Source of the DNA: an uncultured Candidatus Saccharibacteria bacterium
Lineage (GTDB): Bacteria; Patescibacteriota; Saccharimonadia; Saccharimonadales; Saccharimonadaceae
NCBI GenBank assembly: GCA_963549275.1
Contig: CAUUYA010000004.1
Coordinates: forward strand, 37,697-101,696
DNA: 64,000 bases
Reading direction: 5' to 3'
The notes beneath the pieces are model-generated. The model was given only the letters and a program-made list of their open reading frames with translations. It had not been told where the DNA came from and made no database searches. The position numbers and the translations under genes are program-made. Below, piece after piece: positions 19,310 through 28,581 of this stretch; positions within the stretch are counted from its first letter, which is position 1; each line of letters begins with the position of its first letter.

Positions 19310-21433
19310 TTAATCGTCGCCATCCACCGAAGTATGAGCGAATTTACGCTTGCCACGGTAGATAAAGAAACCGATCGTCAACAGGTTAGCTGCCAACAAG
19401 AATCCCGCCAGCACCCACATGCTATCGCTATAGAACGAACTGCCTAAGCCTCCCGAAATAGCCTGGCGCAGCGCCCGAATAGAATAAGTCATCGGCACCA
19501 GCGGATTGACTGCTTGGAAAAAGCCATTGGCTGTTTGAATCGGGAACGTCCCCTCGCTTGAACCCAGCTGCAACACTAATAGCACCATCGCTAGGAAGCG
19601 TCCTGGGTTGTCCAGCACAATCACCAACAGCGACACGATCGACATATAGACAAACGACGTCAAATAAATCGCCCCGATGAAGTTCACTGGATGATCTGGC
19701 ACTAGACCCAGGCAGTAAACCATGATCAGCATCAAAATCGTTGCCTGAATGAAAGCCGCCATACCAGTAACCGAAGCTTTAGCCAGCCACCAGCGAAAAG
19801 CGTTTTCTTGCTCGGCAAAAGTTTTGCGGATTGGATAAATAATATTCAGAGCAATCGCCCCGACAAACAAGCTCAGCGACAACACATACGGCGCCAGCGC
19901 GTAGCCGTAATTCGGCACGTCGCCCTGCTTGGTCGTTTCCGACTTCACCGGATTAGCCATCTGCTGCTGTGTGGCCGCGCCAGTTGGTTGTATTTTGAGT
20001 TGCCGAGAAGCGTCCGCCAACTTCGTAGCCAAAGTATCTGCACCGCCCGCCAATTGCGAGGTGCCATTCGTTAGTATACTGGAGCGGCTATCTAACAGCC
20101 GCGCGCCATTCGCCAGTTGTTGGCTGCCAGTTTGCGCTTGCGCCAGACCGTTTGTTAGCGATGTCGAGCCGGCCAGCAATTGATTGTTCGCCGTCCGCAG
20201 ATTGTTATAACCATTAAGAGCAGTGATTGCATTCGGCGCCAGCTGGTTAACTCCATTAGTCAGCGTCGAAACGCCAGTTTGCAATTGTGCTTGCTGCGTT
20301 GACAGACTTTGAGTAAGTATCTGCAAATCTTTAAGCAGCGCAGCTGCTTGGACGCTAATCGTTTGCGTTTTATTAAGTGCCCGGGAAAGCTGGTTAATTT
20401 GCGGCAAAGTTATGGTTGTCGAACCGCCAGAATTTGCCGCATTAGCTCCCAGTGTCTGCAGCGTCCCGCCTGCTGCCGTCAAATCCGCTGCTGCAGTTTG
20501 CATCGTTTGCGCCAAAGTTTGCGCCAAAGTTTGCGCCTCGTTCTGCACCTTATTCTGCTGACTGACGAGCATTGGCGATGGATTATGAACGCTGGTATTT
20601 AATTGATTAAGACCTGCCTGCAACTGTTTCATACCGTTTGTTAACTGCGCAACTTGCGATTCGCTTGGCAAACCGTTTGACAATTGCCCCAAACCTGCCT
20701 GCAATTGGCGCGATCCATCGCCAAGCCGCGCTAAACCATTAGCCATCGCCCGCTGATTTACCGCCAATTGCCGGACACCGCCAGTATACGTCTGCGCGCC
20801 CGCTCGCAGTTGCATCAAACCGCCATGCAGGGTGGACGCGCCACCCGCTGCCGTTTCCAGACCATCGCCGAGCTTATCTACATTTTCCAGCACACCCTTA
20901 GCATACGCTTGAGTAATTTGCTCGGCCACCGACGTTTTGACTTTTTCAGCCGCTTGATTACTGACCAGCGAACCGATATAATTTTTGGCTGGCGTGGTCG
21001 TATAGCGAATCACCGCCTGCTGCGGTTGAGCAGCAGTAATCGACGCCGCTTTTGCCGAAAAATCCGTCGGAACAGTCACCACCGCATAGAAATGTCCGCT
21101 ATCAACACCGCTATCAGCTTGCTGCTTGGTTACAAACTCCCAACCCAAATCGTGATTATTTTTAAGTTTTTGCTCGATTGACTGCCCGACATTTAACACC
21201 CGGCCATTCAAATGGGCGCCTTTATCTTCGTTGACAAACGCTACTGGCAGATTCTTCACTTGTCCATATGGATCCCAAATTGAACCCAAGAAAAAACCGC
21301 TGTACATAATCGGAATAAACGAAATAACCGCCATCGATAGCAGTAATATTTTGTTTTTACAGAGGTGCTGCCACTCAGCTCGCACCATATTAACGCGGCG
21401 TCTGCTTGACAGCCGTTTTAATTTTTCAACCAT
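19310..21433 (-). CDS. YhgE/Pip-domain membrane protein (phage infection protein family)
   Basis: 'IWDPYGQVKNLPVAFVNEDKG', heptad LxxGxxQL repeats, 'VPNYGYALAPY', 'LQLGSSEGTFP', five C-terminal TMs. Confidence 0.92.
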   Translation of the reverse strand: MVEKLKRLSSRRRVNMVRAEWQHLCKNKILLLSMAVISFIPIMYSGFFLGSIWDPYGQVKNLPVAFVNEDKGAHLNGRVLNVGQSIEQKLKNNHDLGWEFVTKQQADSGVDSGHFYAVVTVPTDFSAKAASITAAQPQQAVIRYTTTPAKNYIGSLVSNQAAEKVKTSVAEQITQAYAKGVLENVDKLGDGLETAAGGASTLHGGLMQLRAGAQTYTGGVRQLAVNQRAMANGLARLGDGSRQLQAGLGQLSNGLPSESQVAQLTNGMKQLQAGLNQLNTSVHNPSPMLVSQQNKVQNEAQTLAQTLAQTMQTAAADLTAAGGTLQTLGANAANSGGSTTITLPQINQLSRALNKTQTISVQAAALLKDLQILTQSLSTQQAQLQTGVSTLTNGVNQLAPNAITALNGYNNLRTANNQLLAGSTSLTNGLAQAQTGSQQLANGARLLDSRSSILTNGTSQLAGGADTLATKLADASRQLKIQPTGAATQQQMANPVKSETTKQGDVPNYGYALAPYVLSLSLFVGAIALNIIYPIRKTFAEQENAFRWWLAKASVTGMAAFIQATILMLIMVYCLGLVPDHPVNFIGAIYLTSFVYMSIVSLLVIVLDNPGRFLAMVLLVLQLGSSEGTFPIQTANGFFQAVNPLVPMTYSIRALRQAISGGLGSSFYSDSMWVLAGFLLAANLLTIGFFIYRGKRKFAHTSVDGDD

Positions 21434-21860
21434 GCATTACCTCCTTGACAACGTCTTCTAACGTTACCGTCTTTAGATATTCGCTCCACTTCTCTTGCGC
21501 CTCGGAAAAGACTTTTTCAATCATATTCATGCCAATTTCCACCTGGCGAGGCCGCGACGCAAATACCCGCTCGACAATTCCTTGAGGCTGAAAAAACGGC
21601 GCTTCGCCTTCAATCGCCAGCACCACATCATGCAACGTCACTTGGCCCATTTCCCGCGCCAAAATGAAACCGCCGCCAGCGCCCTGCGTCGAGGTAATCA
21701 ACCGTGCTACTACCAGCTTGCGGCTAATTTTCTTCAGATACGTCGGCGATACTGCCATCTTTTCCGCTAAAGCGTCATTGGTCATCGGCGCTTTTCGCTG
21801 CGGATCAGCTAAAATCGCCATGATACAGCAGGCTTGTTCGATAGCTCCCGATAGTTTCAT
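21426..21860 (-). CDS. Rrf2 family transcriptional regulator without the Fe-S cysteine triad
   Basis: 'MKLSGAIEQA', 'VSPTYLKKISRKLV', 'STQGAGGGFILAR', 'VTLHDVVLAIEG'; start ATG 21860. Confidence 0.9.
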   Translation of the reverse strand: MKLSGAIEQACCIMAILADPQRKAPMTNDALAEKMAVSPTYLKKISRKLVVARLITSTQGAGGGFILAREMGQVTLHDVVLAIEGEAPFFQPQGIVERVFASRPRQVEIGMNMIEKVFSEAQEKWSEYLKTVTLEDVVKEVMHG

Positions 21861-21882
21861 ATTAGTCCTTCCGTAAATTAGA

Positions 21883-21909
21883 TATAGTGGATATCGACTA
21901 TCCACTATA
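21883..21909. promoter_or_regulatory. Perfect 11-bp inverted repeat; probable Rrf2 operator
   Basis: TATAGTGGATA-TCGAC-TATCCACTATA overlapping the promoter region of the Rrf2 gene. Confidence 0.65.
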
Positions 21910-22010
21910 CTACACTAGTCTAGTTTTTGCAAGAGTTTAATAAACGAATTGAGAATAAGCCCAAACCCTGGCTTTTGAGCAGATACCTATAGGTTGCCAG
22001 CGTGTCAATC

Positions 22011-22595
22011 TTACGATTCAGGATTATTCTGCTGCACAAACGCCGCCGCCCGCATAAAATCATCAATTAGCGTCTGGCGCATGCCGCCGTTATATAGCGC
22101 TGCTGCCGGATGATACAGAGGAATCACTGCAAACTCCAACTCATGCAAACGCACCCGCCGCGGTCGGCCATGATCATGGCTGATCCGCAGCCCAGGGATA
22201 AAACCGCCGCCACTGTGCCGCCCTAATGTTAACACCGCTTTTGGCTGAATAATCTCTAATTGCCGCATCAAATATGGCCAAAACTGGCGCTTTTCTTCTG
22301 GCAGCGGGTCGCGGTTATTTGGCGGCCGATACTTCACAATGTTGGTAATATAAACGTCTGGGCGCTGCAAACCAGCTGCCGCCAGCATCTCGTCGAGGAA
22401 TTTCCCCGCTGCACCGACGAATGGTTTACCTTGCAAATCCTCGTTCTTACCCGGTGCTTCGCCGATAAATACGATATCAGCATCAGCATTGCCATCGCCC
22501 ATCACCAGCTGCGTTGCTTGAACCGCCAATTCCGAACAAATCCCAGCTTTTATGATTTCTGCCGCCAATGCGTCTAATTCAGCTTGCTTATCCAT
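22011..22595 (-). CDS. Uracil-DNA glycosylase, family 4
   Basis: 'IGEAPGKNED', 'PFVGAAG', 'YITNIVKYRPPNNRDP', 'YHPAAALY'. Confidence 0.93.
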   Translation of the reverse strand: MDKQAELDALAAEIIKAGICSELAVQATQLVMGDGNADADIVFIGEAPGKNEDLQGKPFVGAAGKFLDEMLAAAGLQRPDVYITNIVKYRPPNNRDPLPEEKRQFWPYLMRQLEIIQPKAVLTLGRHSGGGFIPGLRISHDHGRPRRVRLHELEFAVIPLYHPAAALYNGGMRQTLIDDFMRAAAFVQQNNPES

Positions 22596-22613
22596 AATTA
22601 CATTTTACCAAAA

Positions 22614-22643
22614 TAGTACCCTCTGCTGATACAGAGGGTACTA
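22614..22643 (-). terminator. Rho-independent terminator
   Basis: TAGTACCCTCTG-CTGATA-CAGAGGGTACTA followed by a T-run on the minus strand. Confidence 0.75.
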
Positions 22644-22658
22644 CCGGCGCGGCGAATA

Positions 22659-23540
22659 TTAACGCAGTGCAGTTAATTTTTGATTGACAACGCTTGAAAA
22701 GTCGTTGTAGTACCGATCCATTCCGCTATCGGTAACCTTGCGGCTAGCGTTAGTAATTAACGTATATCCAGTAGTCGACGGTTCTATTGGACGGCGCGGC
22801 CGAGCGCTGAAATTACCGCTGGTATAGGCTCTAGCGTATTCGACGTAGTATTTCTTCAACGAAGTGTAGTAATCGCTCCATTCTTTACCGAAATTAGCCA
22901 CATTGCTATTATTTGATTTGCTCAGTTTCTGCATCAAGGATGTGCAATCGCCGTATTTTTGACTGACTTCCTTATCAACTTCATCTGGCTTCTTGCTTAT
23001 ATGGCCAAGATAAAATACGTTATCGCATTTTTTTCTGACCTCGCTATAAACCTCTACGTACTGCGACAAGCCTTCCATTTCGGGTTTAGCGACGTCGTAA
23101 GCTTTCTTGTATTTGTCGTAAGCTTCTTTGACATCTTTATCGTGCATAATCTTAGATTTCGATAATTTGTCATTTAGTTCATCGCGACTCTTGATAGCGC
23201 TATTAACCGTTTCTTTGTAGGCTTCTGGATTACGTACAGATGAATACTGCAAACTGTTCAATTTCGAGCTTTCATCATTCATCCACGAAACGGCTTGACG
23301 GTAATCTTCTTTGCTCGGCCCCATATTAAGCAGCAAAACAACCACTATTACGATAATCAGCAATAAAAATCCAACAGAACCGCCAATTATCCCCCACAAA
23401 GCCCCTTTACTAAGACCTTTTTTGACCGGCATTTGCGGCGGCATCGCTGGCTGTTGCATAGGCGGCGCGGACATTGGAGCTGGCTGCGGCGCAGGCGGCA
23501 CTGGCTGCGGCGATTCAGGTGGTTGCGGTTGATTGTTCAT
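22659..23540 (-). CDS. Hypothetical membrane-anchored protein (Pro/Gln-rich N-terminus, one TM, helical ectodomain)
   Basis: 293-aa ORF from ATG 23540 with SD AGAGGGG; a Cys pair in the ectodomain. Confidence 0.75.
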   Translation of the reverse strand: MNNQPQPPESPQPVPPAPQPAPMSAPPMQQPAMPPQMPVKKGLSKGALWGIIGGSVGFLLLIIVIVVVLLLNMGPSKEDYRQAVSWMNDESSKLNSLQYSSVRNPEAYKETVNSAIKSRDELNDKLSKSKIMHDKDVKEAYDKYKKAYDVAKPEMEGLSQYVEVYSEVRKKCDNVFYLGHISKKPDEVDKEVSQKYGDCTSLMQKLSKSNNSNVANFGKEWSDYYTSLKKYYVEYARAYTSGNFSARPRRPIEPSTTGYTLITNASRKVTDSGMDRYYNDFSSVVNQKLTALR

Positions 23541-23625
23541 AGACTTCCCCTCTTTTATAAGTGTATCTCTATTAAGTATAGCAAAACTCAAGTTGTTCCG
23601 TATAGTATTCGTTTACGTAGAAATA

Positions 23626-25752
23626 TTATCGCTGTTCAATTCCCTTCATTGTCAAGCTTAGGCGCCCGCGGTTATCAATCTCTGTTAATTTAACACGTAC
23701 CGTTTGGCCCTCTTTCAAGACATCGGTTACTTTGCCAACTCGTTTATCCGATAGTTGTGAAATATGCACCATCCCGTCAACTCCCGGCAGAATATTCACA
23801 AACGCTCCGAAATCTTTGATACTGACCACCGTGCCTTGGTAAATTTTGCCAACTTCTGGCTCTTCGACCAGGCTTTTAATCCAGGCAAGCGCCTTCTCAA
23901 TTGATTCGCCGTTCGGACTGGCGATGGTGATCAAGCCGTCTTCCTTGATGTCGACTTCGGCACCAGTCTCGCTGGTAATCTTGTTAATCACCTCGCCGCC
24001 TTTGCCGATGACCGCGCCAATTTTATCCGGATCAATCTTTAGCTTTTCAATCCGCGGTGCGTACGGGCTAAGTGCTTCGCGCGGCGCTGGCAGCACACTC
24101 AACATATGCTGCAAAATATGCGCCCGGCCCGCCTTACTCTGTTCAATCGCTTGGCGCAGCACTGTCACCGGTAGACCATGCACCTTCATATCCATCTGCA
24201 GCGCCGTGATACCCTTGGCTGTACCGGTCACCTTGAAATCCATATCGCCGGCAAAATCCTCAGCATCGGCAATATCGCTCAATACGTACGGTGTATCACC
24301 GTCCATCATCAGACCCATGGCAATGCCGCTAACCGGTGCCGAGAGAGGCACGCCAGCGTCCATCAACGCCAGACAGCTCGAACAGGTCGCTGCCATCGAC
24401 GTCGAACCGTTCTGGCTCATAATTTCGGTGACGGAACGAATGGCATATGGAAAGTCTTCTTCGCTTGGCAACACCGGCGTCAAGGCTCGCTCCGCCAAGT
24501 AGCCATGGCCAATTTCGCGCCGGCCCGGGCTGCCCATCCGCTTGACCTCGCCAACCGTATAGCCCGGCGCATTGTAATGATGCATATAGCGGCGCTCGCC
24601 GTCATTGACTTCCATGGTATCAACTAGCTGCGCGTAACTAAGCGGTGCCAAGGTCACGATATTCATGCCCTGCGTCACCCCGCGAGTAAACAAGCTCGAA
24701 CCGTGTGCTCGCGGCAGTAAACCAACCTCTGAGCTTAACGGGCGAATTTCCGTCAAAGCGCGGCCATCCGGGCGCTTGCCGTCCTCGACGATACCGCGGC
24801 GAACATCTTTGTGTAGCGCCAAGGTAAATGCTTCATCGTATTCGTCGCGTACTTCGTCGTATTCCTCAGCGCCCAAACCCAGCTTTTCGGCCATCGCTTC
24901 GTGGAATGCCCAGCGAATCTCATTAACCACTTCGTTGCGCTCTGGATACGGCCGGCGGATTTTCTCGCCTAATTTGCCATCGACCCACTCGTCAGCCGTC
25001 TGCTGAATTGCTTCATCAGGTAAAACTAATTCATATTCCTGCGCAGCTGGCGCCACTTTAGCTGCCAACTCTCGCTGCAAGTCAATCGCTGGCTGCATCA
25101 TCTGGTGCGCCCAGGCCATGGCATCGACAATTACCTCTTCTGATACTTCCTTGGCGCCGGCCTCCACCATGGTGATGCCGCTCTCGATACCGGCTACCAC
25201 GAGATCCAGATCAGATTGCTCACGCTCCTCGGGCGTCAAAAAGGCCTTAAACTCGCCATTCACGCGGCCCACCCGCAAGCCCGCCACCGGCCCGTCAAAC
25301 GGCGTACCGGTCAGCATCAAGGCACTCGACGCCGCAATCATCGCCACCACGTCCGGGCGGAAATCCGGATCCATGCTCAGCACCGTCGCCACCACTTGTA
25401 CTTCTTGGCGGTAGCCCTTTGGAAACAGCGGCCGAATCGGACGGTCGATTAGCCGACCGATCAGTACTGCCTCGTCACTGGGCCGGCCCTCGCGCTTGAT
25501 AAACCGCGAGCCAGAAATTTTACCCGCCGCATAAAACCGCTCTTCATAATCAATTGACAGCGGGAAATAATCCAGCTGCACCGGCCGGCTGCCTACCTGG
25601 GCGCTGCCCAAGACCACCGTATCGCCGTAGCGAACCAGCACACTACCAGTCGTCCGAAAACCAACGCGGTTGACCTCCAGCGTCAGAGGTCGGCCGCACA
25701 GCTCGGTGGTAACGCTAAAAATCTCCTTGCCGCTCGGGTTAATAATACTCAT
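23626..25752 (-). CDS. pnp: Polyribonucleotide nucleotidyltransferase (PNPase)
   Basis: Two RNase PH domains ('REGRPS', 'RREIGHG', 'GDMDFKV'), KH and S1 domains. Confidence 0.97.
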   Translation of the reverse strand: MSIINPSGKEIFSVTTELCGRPLTLEVNRVGFRTTGSVLVRYGDTVVLGSAQVGSRPVQLDYFPLSIDYEERFYAAGKISGSRFIKREGRPSDEAVLIGRLIDRPIRPLFPKGYRQEVQVVATVLSMDPDFRPDVVAMIAASSALMLTGTPFDGPVAGLRVGRVNGEFKAFLTPEEREQSDLDLVVAGIESGITMVEAGAKEVSEEVIVDAMAWAHQMMQPAIDLQRELAAKVAPAAQEYELVLPDEAIQQTADEWVDGKLGEKIRRPYPERNEVVNEIRWAFHEAMAEKLGLGAEEYDEVRDEYDEAFTLALHKDVRRGIVEDGKRPDGRALTEIRPLSSEVGLLPRAHGSSLFTRGVTQGMNIVTLAPLSYAQLVDTMEVNDGERRYMHHYNAPGYTVGEVKRMGSPGRREIGHGYLAERALTPVLPSEEDFPYAIRSVTEIMSQNGSTSMAATCSSCLALMDAGVPLSAPVSGIAMGLMMDGDTPYVLSDIADAEDFAGDMDFKVTGTAKGITALQMDMKVHGLPVTVLRQAIEQSKAGRAHILQHMLSVLPAPREALSPYAPRIEKLKIDPDKIGAVIGKGGEVINKITSETGAEVDIKEDGLITIASPNGESIEKALAWIKSLVEEPEVGKIYQGTVVSIKDFGAFVNILPGVDGMVHISQLSDKRVGKVTDVLKEGQTVRVKLTEIDNRGRLSLTMKGIEQR

Positions 25753-25769
25753 AAAAGAGCTCCTTTCTT

Positions 25770-25860
25770 CGCGGCAAGTAACAGGGATGAAAAATCGTCT
25801 TGGCTAGGCTTGGCGATTCAAAGCCGCGCGCCGCAAATTCTCGTCTCTATCACTTCCGCG
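25770..25860 (-). promoter_or_regulatory. Long hairpin in the pnp 5' leader
   Basis: Minus strand CGCGGAAGTGATAGAGACGAGAAT pairs imperfectly with ATTTTTCATCCCTGTTACTTGCCGCG; TATAAT at 25883-25878. Confidence 0.6.
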
Positions 25861-25959
25861 TTAACAATAACTACTTTATTATAGCAGACAACAAAGGTTA
25901 TTTCATCTATATCACGTCATGCTATTGCTTTTTTATCATGTTTATGCTATAATAAAAGA

Positions 25960-26871
25960 ATGAGCACGCTTCCTGTAGTTCAGCTAAGACGCCGCCAAGA
26001 GTTCTGGCAAAAAAGCCAAGAGACCGCGAAAGAATTACGGCGAGAAGCGCATACGATTGATCCAGAACGCCCGCGGCGCGGTATCAGCCAAGCTGCACAC
26101 AATCTACTACGCGTGATGAATCAGATTGAACACCCAACTGCTGAAACTAACCAGCAAAAAGAGTTCTACATTCTCTACGGCACCTATCGCGACTGGATTG
26201 CTGCCGTAACTGCCGAAAAAACAGCTAGAGACTCAAATAGGAGACTTTCTCCTAAAGATCACGAAAAAATTGTTAGTGTGCATTCTTCATTCAACGACTC
26301 GCTGCGCGAAATTTTTAACCGCTGGGGCACTACTATCACGCCAGCTGATATAATGCAGATTCTAAATAATTTTATCCCTATAGCCGACAAACCCCACTAC
26401 CGCAAAAAAATGGAAACAAGCATAAAAGGTGTACGTACAGAATTACTAGCTGAGCTAGCTCTCGAAAACATGGGCTTTGAAGTGATCCGTGCGACTACCG
26501 AACAAGACAAGAAAGGTATTGATTATCTTATAACTGACAGCCAAGGAAAGCAGACAGCGATAGATATTAAATCTTCAAGATTTAAAGCGAACAAAACCAA
26601 TGATCGAAACGCTAAGTATTATAATGACGGTACTATAGCTATCTGTCCATTTTCGCCCGAAACCCTCGAAAGTATTCATACGGTTTTGCCTAAAGACCCG
26701 TACGGAGAAATGTTACAACCTTCAGAAGAGATGCTTGCAAATCTATATACTTCTGGTATTGTAGATAAGCATGAATATACTAGAATTATGAATGAATTAG
26801 AGAGACAGATGAAAGATCTGCGTGAGAGAAATAATAATCCGGCATCCAGAGGAAAACTAGTTCATGTCTAG
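25960..26871 (+). CDS. Hypothetical protein with a PD-(D/E)xK nuclease-like motif
   Basis: 'TELLAELAL...EQDKKGIDYLI...TAIDIKSS'; TTGCTT-17-TATAAT promoter just upstream. Confidence 0.6.
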   Translation: MSTLPVVQLRRRQEFWQKSQETAKELRREAHTIDPERPRRGISQAAHNLLRVMNQIEHPTAETNQQKEFYILYGTYRDWIAAVTAEKTARDSNRRLSPKDHEKIVSVHSSFNDSLREIFNRWGTTITPADIMQILNNFIPIADKPHYRKKMETSIKGVRTELLAELALENMGFEVIRATTEQDKKGIDYLITDSQGKQTAIDIKSSRFKANKTNDRNAKYYNDGTIAICPFSPETLESIHTVLPKDPYGEMLQPSEEMLANLYTSGIVDKHEYTRIMNELERQMKDLRERNNNPASRGKLVHV

Positions 26872-27265
26872 CGAAACCAGCTCCTTAGAAAGAGGCGGCT
26901 CAGCAAGCTCATGGCTTACTCAATACGATCTGGTTAATCCAGAAAAGGCGTATGACGACATTACCAACTCAATCAAGAACAGAGAAAAGGTTACACTGGC
27001 AGCGATAGTGTCCGCTGGTATAGGGGAAATCTCGGTTAGAGCCACTATTACTCAAGTTGAAGTTTTATTTAATGGGCTCGACCGAGTAGAGGCAGATAGA
27101 TTGTTCGGGTCTGACGGCTCGCCTCAACTCGAGGCTAGAGGCGTAACCAAACACCCTAACTCTCTGGACTCAGATGATGGCGATAAAAAACCTCTGATCG
27201 TTGTTTTCCAGCAAAGCGATGGTAATAATATTGATTCCGGACACTTTTTCCTGGTAGCCGAATAA
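26864..27265 (+). CDS. Hypothetical acidic protein, translationally coupled to the upstream ORF
   Basis: 133-aa ORF overlapping the upstream stop by 8 nt, SD AGAGGA. Confidence 0.65.
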   Translation: MSSETSSLERGGSASSWLTQYDLVNPEKAYDDITNSIKNREKVTLAAIVSAGIGEISVRATITQVEVLFNGLDRVEADRLFGSDGSPQLEARGVTKHPNSLDSDDGDKKPLIVVFQQSDGNNIDSGHFFLVAE

Positions 27266-27350
27266 TATCCTTGATATTATATCTTAATGCTAGCCCCTGC
27301 TAAATTAAGCTAATCGCAAGCTATTCAAACTTAATCAACAAGGAGGCCTT

Positions 27351-27848
27351 ATGCCACAAACCGAAAGTCTATATACTGGGCGGCGCATTAATGTCCGCGC
27401 TATTATTTATCGCGAAGGAAAAATACTCGCCGTCAAACATCGCCGCGGCGACCAAGCGGCCCCTTATTACGCCGTACCAGGCGGCGGTCTTGACCCGCAC
27501 GAGTCGCTAACTGAATGTTTAATCCGCGAATTACGCGAAGAAACTGGCGTGACCGCCAAACCTGGCAAACTGCTATTCATTCAGCAATTCCCATCATCGC
27601 GGGCTGGCTACGAAGAGGAACTAGAGTTCTTCTTCGCGGTCGATAACCCTGATGACTTTACCGATATTGATATTAGCCAAACAACGCACGGCGCTCAAGA
27701 ATTAGCCGTTTGCGAATACATCGACCCGTCGCAGCATGTTCTTTACCCAGAGTTTCTGCAAAGCACGGATATCGCGCGATATATCAACGGCGAACAACCG
27801 GTTCTCGTCGTCGACAACTTCAACGAGCAGCACCAACAGCTACTCTAG
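27351..27848 (+). CDS. NUDIX hydrolase
   Basis: Nudix box 'PGGGLDPHESLTECLIRELREETGV'; SD AAGGAGG. Confidence 0.92.
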   Translation: MPQTESLYTGRRINVRAIIYREGKILAVKHRRGDQAAPYYAVPGGGLDPHESLTECLIRELREETGVTAKPGKLLFIQQFPSSRAGYEEELEFFFAVDNPDDFTDIDISQTTHGAQELAVCEYIDPSQHVLYPEFLQSTDIARYINGEQPVLVVDNFNEQHQQLL

Positions 27849-28508
27849 CGTCACGTTTTGCCGCGCCCAATCAACCGCCGCTTGCGCCCGTTTGCGCGCC
27901 TCCAAGCTTTTTCGCGGCGGGCGATCATCGCCCCACCATTGCCGCCAAGCCCAATCTGCCGGGTTGAGACACTCCAGGCAATCCATGTGGCGCAATCTGC
28001 CGTTCACAAACTCTTCATTGCGCTCGGTGTAGACAAATTCGTAGCCGCACTTCTCAAGCGCTCGCCAGCTCGCCGCGTTGCCGTGGATGACTGCCGACTT
28101 AATTCGGTGCAGGCCTAGATTTTCGAAAGCATACCAGGTTCGTGCCCGATGGCAAGCACTGGCAATCCCCTGGCCCCAATATTTCTTATCGGCAATAACT
28201 ATACCGCTTGTCGCATAATGAACGTGATCTTTGGTTATTTCGGTAAGCGCTGTGTTGCCGATCAGCTAGCGCTTGTCGCCATCTATAACCCAAATACCCC
28301 AGTTTAGGCTGGTTTTGTTCTTGATCATTTCATCATACCAGGACTGCTCGGTCTCGATTGTCTGCGCTCGGTGCGCTGATAAGTACTGTGTTACCATGCC
28401 GCGCGCAAAACCCTCGACAAACACCGCTAGATTATCGCGCGCAAACGGCGCCAGTTCAACCGATAAGCCCCTATCGGTTGTTAATTTCATCATCAGCCCA
28501 AACGCCAT
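27840..28508 (-). pseudogene. RimJ/RimL-type GNAT acetyltransferase interrupted by one in-frame TAG
   Basis: Frame continues past the TAG at 28268-28266: ...GDKR*LIGNTALTEI...KKYWGQGIASACHRARTWYAFENLGLHRIKSAVIHGNAASWRALEKCGYEFV... to TAG at 27840. Confidence 0.85.
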
Positions 28509-28581
28509 CGCGCACTCCTTTCGCTTAATTGTGTTTACATTATACACAATTGCGGAGGTTTAGTACACAAATAGTTATAAA

